Assembly: GCA_043228905.1 (NCBI GenBank)
Contig: JBHGNT010000003.1
Coordinates: 11,408,001-11,472,000, forward strand
Origin: Azolla caroliniana
Lineage: Eukaryota > Plantae > Polypodiophyta
Length of the DNA stretch: 64,000 bases
Reading direction: 5' to 3'
This document shows positions 60,501-64,000 of the stretch, piece after piece. Position 1 is the stretch's first letter. Every line of letters begins with the position of its first letter. The notes under the pieces were generated by a model. It had not been told where the DNA came from and ran no database searches. It saw nothing but the letters and a program-made list of their open reading frames with translations. Both the position numbers and the translations under genes were made by a program.

Positions 60501-63500
60501 TTGACGCACCAACAGGGGTAAAACCAATCGGGTGTAGGTGGGTGTACAAGGTCAAGTACAACACTGATGGCTCGGTCAATTGGTACAAGGCTCGGCTAGT
60601 GGCAAAGGGCTACGCGCAGAAACACGACATCGACTACGATGAGACATTTGCGCTGGTCGCGAAAATGACGATCGTCCGTGTTTTCCTCGTAGTAGCTGCG
60701 GTGAAGGGGTGGCACTTACATAAGATGGATGTAAAGAATGCGTTCCTGCAAGGTGACCTTGAGGAACAGGTGTACATGGTACAACCCCCCGGATTTCACT
60801 CTGGAACGAACTCCTCGGCAGTATGCCGACTGAAGAAGTCCCTTTACGGATTGAAGCAAGCCCCGCGTGCCTGGAACGCGAAGATCACGCAACAACTGCG
60901 TCGGATGGGCTTCGTCACGTCAAAATCGGACTCTTCCCTGTTCATCTGGAAAGGTTGACTCGGACCGGTTAGTATTTTACTATATGTTGATGACTTGGTC
61001 ATCACCGGCGCCAACCTAGGTGAAATCGACCGCGTGAAGCTCCAGCTTGCGGCATCGTTCGACATGAAGGATCTGGGGGACCTTCATTACTTCCTTGGGA
61101 TCGAAGTGATCCGTACCCCCGAAGGCATATTAATCAGCCAACGTCATTACGTGCTGAGTATGCTCTTCAAATTCGGGATGGCCGACTGTAAGTCCGTCTC
61201 GACTCCTCTGGACAGAACCGTCAAGCTTCGTCCCGATACGGGAAAGGTATGCGACTCGACGAGGTTCCGACAAATTGACGGAAGCCTCATATACTTGACC
61301 ATCACCCGACCCGACCTCAGTTATCCGGTCGGAGTGATCAGTCAGTTCATGGCGCGACCTACCAAGGAGCACCTCCAGTGTGCGCAACGCATACTTCGGA
61401 ATGTCAACGGCACTAAGGACCGGGGACTGCTATATCGGACCGGTGCAGCCGCGCAGTTAGTCGACTACACCGATGCTGATTGGGCTAGCAACACCGCCGA
61501 TCGCCGATCCACGTCCGGATACGCGTTTTCCCTCGACAGTGCCGCGATCGCGTGGAGCAGTAAGAAGCAGCCGACAGTTGCACTGTCGAGCACCGAAGCT
61601 GAGTACCGAGGAGCGGCTGGCGTGACATGCAAATCCATATGGTTGAAGCGGCTACTTAAGGACCTGCAAGAGGAGGTGTCAGATCCGACGAAGATCTACT
61701 GCGACAACCTCAGCAGCATCCAGCTCGCGGAAAACCCCGTTTTCCACACACGGACCAAGCACATTGAGTTGCACTACCATTTCGTCCGTGAGCGTGTCCT
61801 TTCCGGTGAAGTCGAACTTTAGTACGTTCTGACGGATCGGCAGACTGCCAACATCTTCACCAAGCCTCTTGGTCTGGACAAGTTGCGGCAATTCTCAGGT
61901 GCGCTCGGATTGCATCACCTCGACGTGCCAAACTTGAGGGGGAGAAAAGTCCCGAACGACCAAGCAAGGCAGCAGGAAAGGAGCGGAGACTGCGACACCA
62001 CCGAGTCGGTTGACTCGGTTGTCGAGTTCGACTTTGGATCGGCTGAAGAAGCCGAGGGCGGACCCGCGGAAAAGTTCGGAAGAGGACAGAAGGGGAGTAG
62101 CCGAAGGAGAGAGCCGAAGCCAACCATGCATGGGGAAGATGACGCCATCGAGGGCGAGAAGACCGAAGACAAGTTGGAGACAGCCAACTCGGACGAGAGT
62201 GAAAACCGATCGAAGGTAGCCGAGTCGGTTCGGATGTTTGATTCAGATACGCTGAATCAACCGAGGCCCAAGCGGAAGAAAAGGCAGCAGAAGAAGCGTC
62301 AACACCGCAACAGCAGAACAGCTGATAAGGGCCACATGAGCAGACAAGCCGACCGGAAGGGTCGAAGCGCGCGGAGTCGAACAGGTCGTGGAGCGCGAGC
62401 GAGGCGTGAAGCCAGGAGGAACCGGAGATGTGAGCTCGAAGATCCCGAAGAGCCTCAAGTTGAGCTTGAGGGGGAGTGTTGAGAGACAAGCTCAACATCG
62501 GCCGGATCGGCTGAAGAAGCCGAGGACCGGATCGGTTGGGACCGATCGGTTAGGCCGAATGCGTAAACCGGTACGCAGACCGGTGCGTAGGTAGGGCCGG
62601 ATCGGTGCGTAAACCAGGAGGCCGTTAGGAAAGATATTCCGTGAGGAATATATTTGGGAGTTAGTGTAGGAGCTCTTAATGAGCATTGAAGTACTGTCAG
62701 TACTTCGGTCAGTCCTTCTAGGACTTGTATAAAAGTGTTCATTGAACACACATATGTATAGAGTGTGGTGAATAGAGATTGAGTACCTTTTTTGAATATA
62801 GTTCTTGTTTTTTCTCTCTCTCTCACTCTCTCTATCTCTCCCGCGTATACTGCGTAAGCTCAAGCTCTCCATTAAACCTGAGTTTTCTTCCTTCTGTTCG
62901 GTCTTCATACTTGCTTCTACACGTTACTTTTTACTGACACATGCCTCAAGAGCACTTTGAGATTGCCGAAGTTCGGTCATTTGTTGAGCGGTGAAACTAA
63001 GGTATTGGCTTATTTGTGCCAAATACATCTCAGTGGACATTTGTCCAGGAGGATTCCCTTGAGTTCCTTCCGGTTGAGCGGATGACATTGGGTCGTTAAT
63101 TTGAGCCATTAAAGATTATTTCTGGAAAAGAAATAGGAGAAGGTCAGAGAGATAGTCACAACATCATGTCGTGATGTAAACATATCATGGGCAAACATTA
63201 ATCGATATCATGATCTCACGTCAATACCCCTCTAGACGTATGAGATGAGGTTCAAGATCAGGTTACTATGGTAACACAAAGGTGTTTTAAAAACCATGGG
63301 GGTGACAATTTAATGTCTTTCCTTGATCTCTATATCGATTTTTTCATGGCAGCTCCCCGAGGCTCAACCATGTATGTTTGCGTCATGAGTAGTTAATACA
63401 CGAAAAAAATGTTAACAATAAACTATGTTTTTTTGCCCACATATGTGGTTTCGGCTCTTTAAGTCCTATTACGAGGACCCCGAGGTGCACTTAGACCTTA

Positions 63501-64000
63501 AGTCTAAACATGTGTTATAGTCATATGTATCAAGGATGTTGTACGGTCTTGGTCATATTTGAACTCGAGACCTCGAGAACAAATACATTAAACACTTGAG
63601 CCAACCAAGTAAGTTGCTCTTCTCGAATGCTTAATGTTTGATGCGTATAAAAGATATGCGAGGCATTTGATCATATATGTTTTTTTTAAAAGAACATATA
63701 TGTCAAGGGTCCTTATTTCGCCCTCATTTACCAAAACTATGTTGGTACGTTACCTAACCTCAAGGCTCGTAATTACGATGGCATACGCCAAAGTGCAACC
63801 TAATGGTCAAGCGAAATGAGCCCTCGTTTCGTAGTAGGCCCACGTGGCCCATCACATGGTAACGTCATTACGAATGCCTCTCGTAAGAAAGAGCTCATGG
63901 TGGCATCGTATCCATGTAACGAGGGAGGGATGTTGGATACGTGTGTCATTGGAGCGACCTCACTTGAAGTGGGTCAAGCCCTACGTACTCAACATCATTA

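Larger units (their letters stand above)
53889..62934 (+). mobile_element. Full-length Copia family A element A4; LTRs 53889-54347 and 62477-62934
   Basis: LTRs differ at about 8 positions by my count. PBS TGGTATCAGAGC at 54348. All gag-pol domains are present with a few stops and frameshifts. The terminal A and right TSD were lost in a small deletion. Confidence 0.95.
49197..64000 (-). mobile_element. Chromovirus-type Gypsy G2 (gag-PR-RT-RH-IN-chromodomain), interrupted in gag by A4; 5' end lies beyond the window
   Basis: 3' LTR 49197-49652, PPT AAGAAGGGGAGTA, gag ATG at 63109, leader 63110-64000 homologous to the G1 leader. Confidence 0.93.

Overview
Eukaryotic (land-plant; probably non-seed plant by inference) nuclear DNA. 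It holds one intact host gene: a 13-exon minus-strand MATE/DETOXIFICATION transporter of the DTX42-47/FRD3-like group (6397-15305), with a decayed Copia element in intron 3. Most of the rest is a dense nest of decayed Ty1/Copia and Ty3/Gypsy LTR retrotransposons, and many of their boundaries could be fixed by LTR pairs, PBS/PPT and TSDs. Families are given working labels A, B, C, D, G, T, T2, P and W. The most unusual signals are: (i) antisense tRNA-like A-box/B-box modules inside the LTRs of three Gypsy-type families, two of which have 4-bp TSDs; (ii) a pol-less, tRNA-Trp-primed element with mosaic LTRs; (iii) a conserved, multi-helix, possibly pseudoknotted RNA leader in front of a chromovirus gag; (iv) a 116-bp fold-back element made of two copies of the same LTR end; (v) a conserved hairpin that loops out the PPT in the Copia families. 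All alignments and foldings were done by eye.
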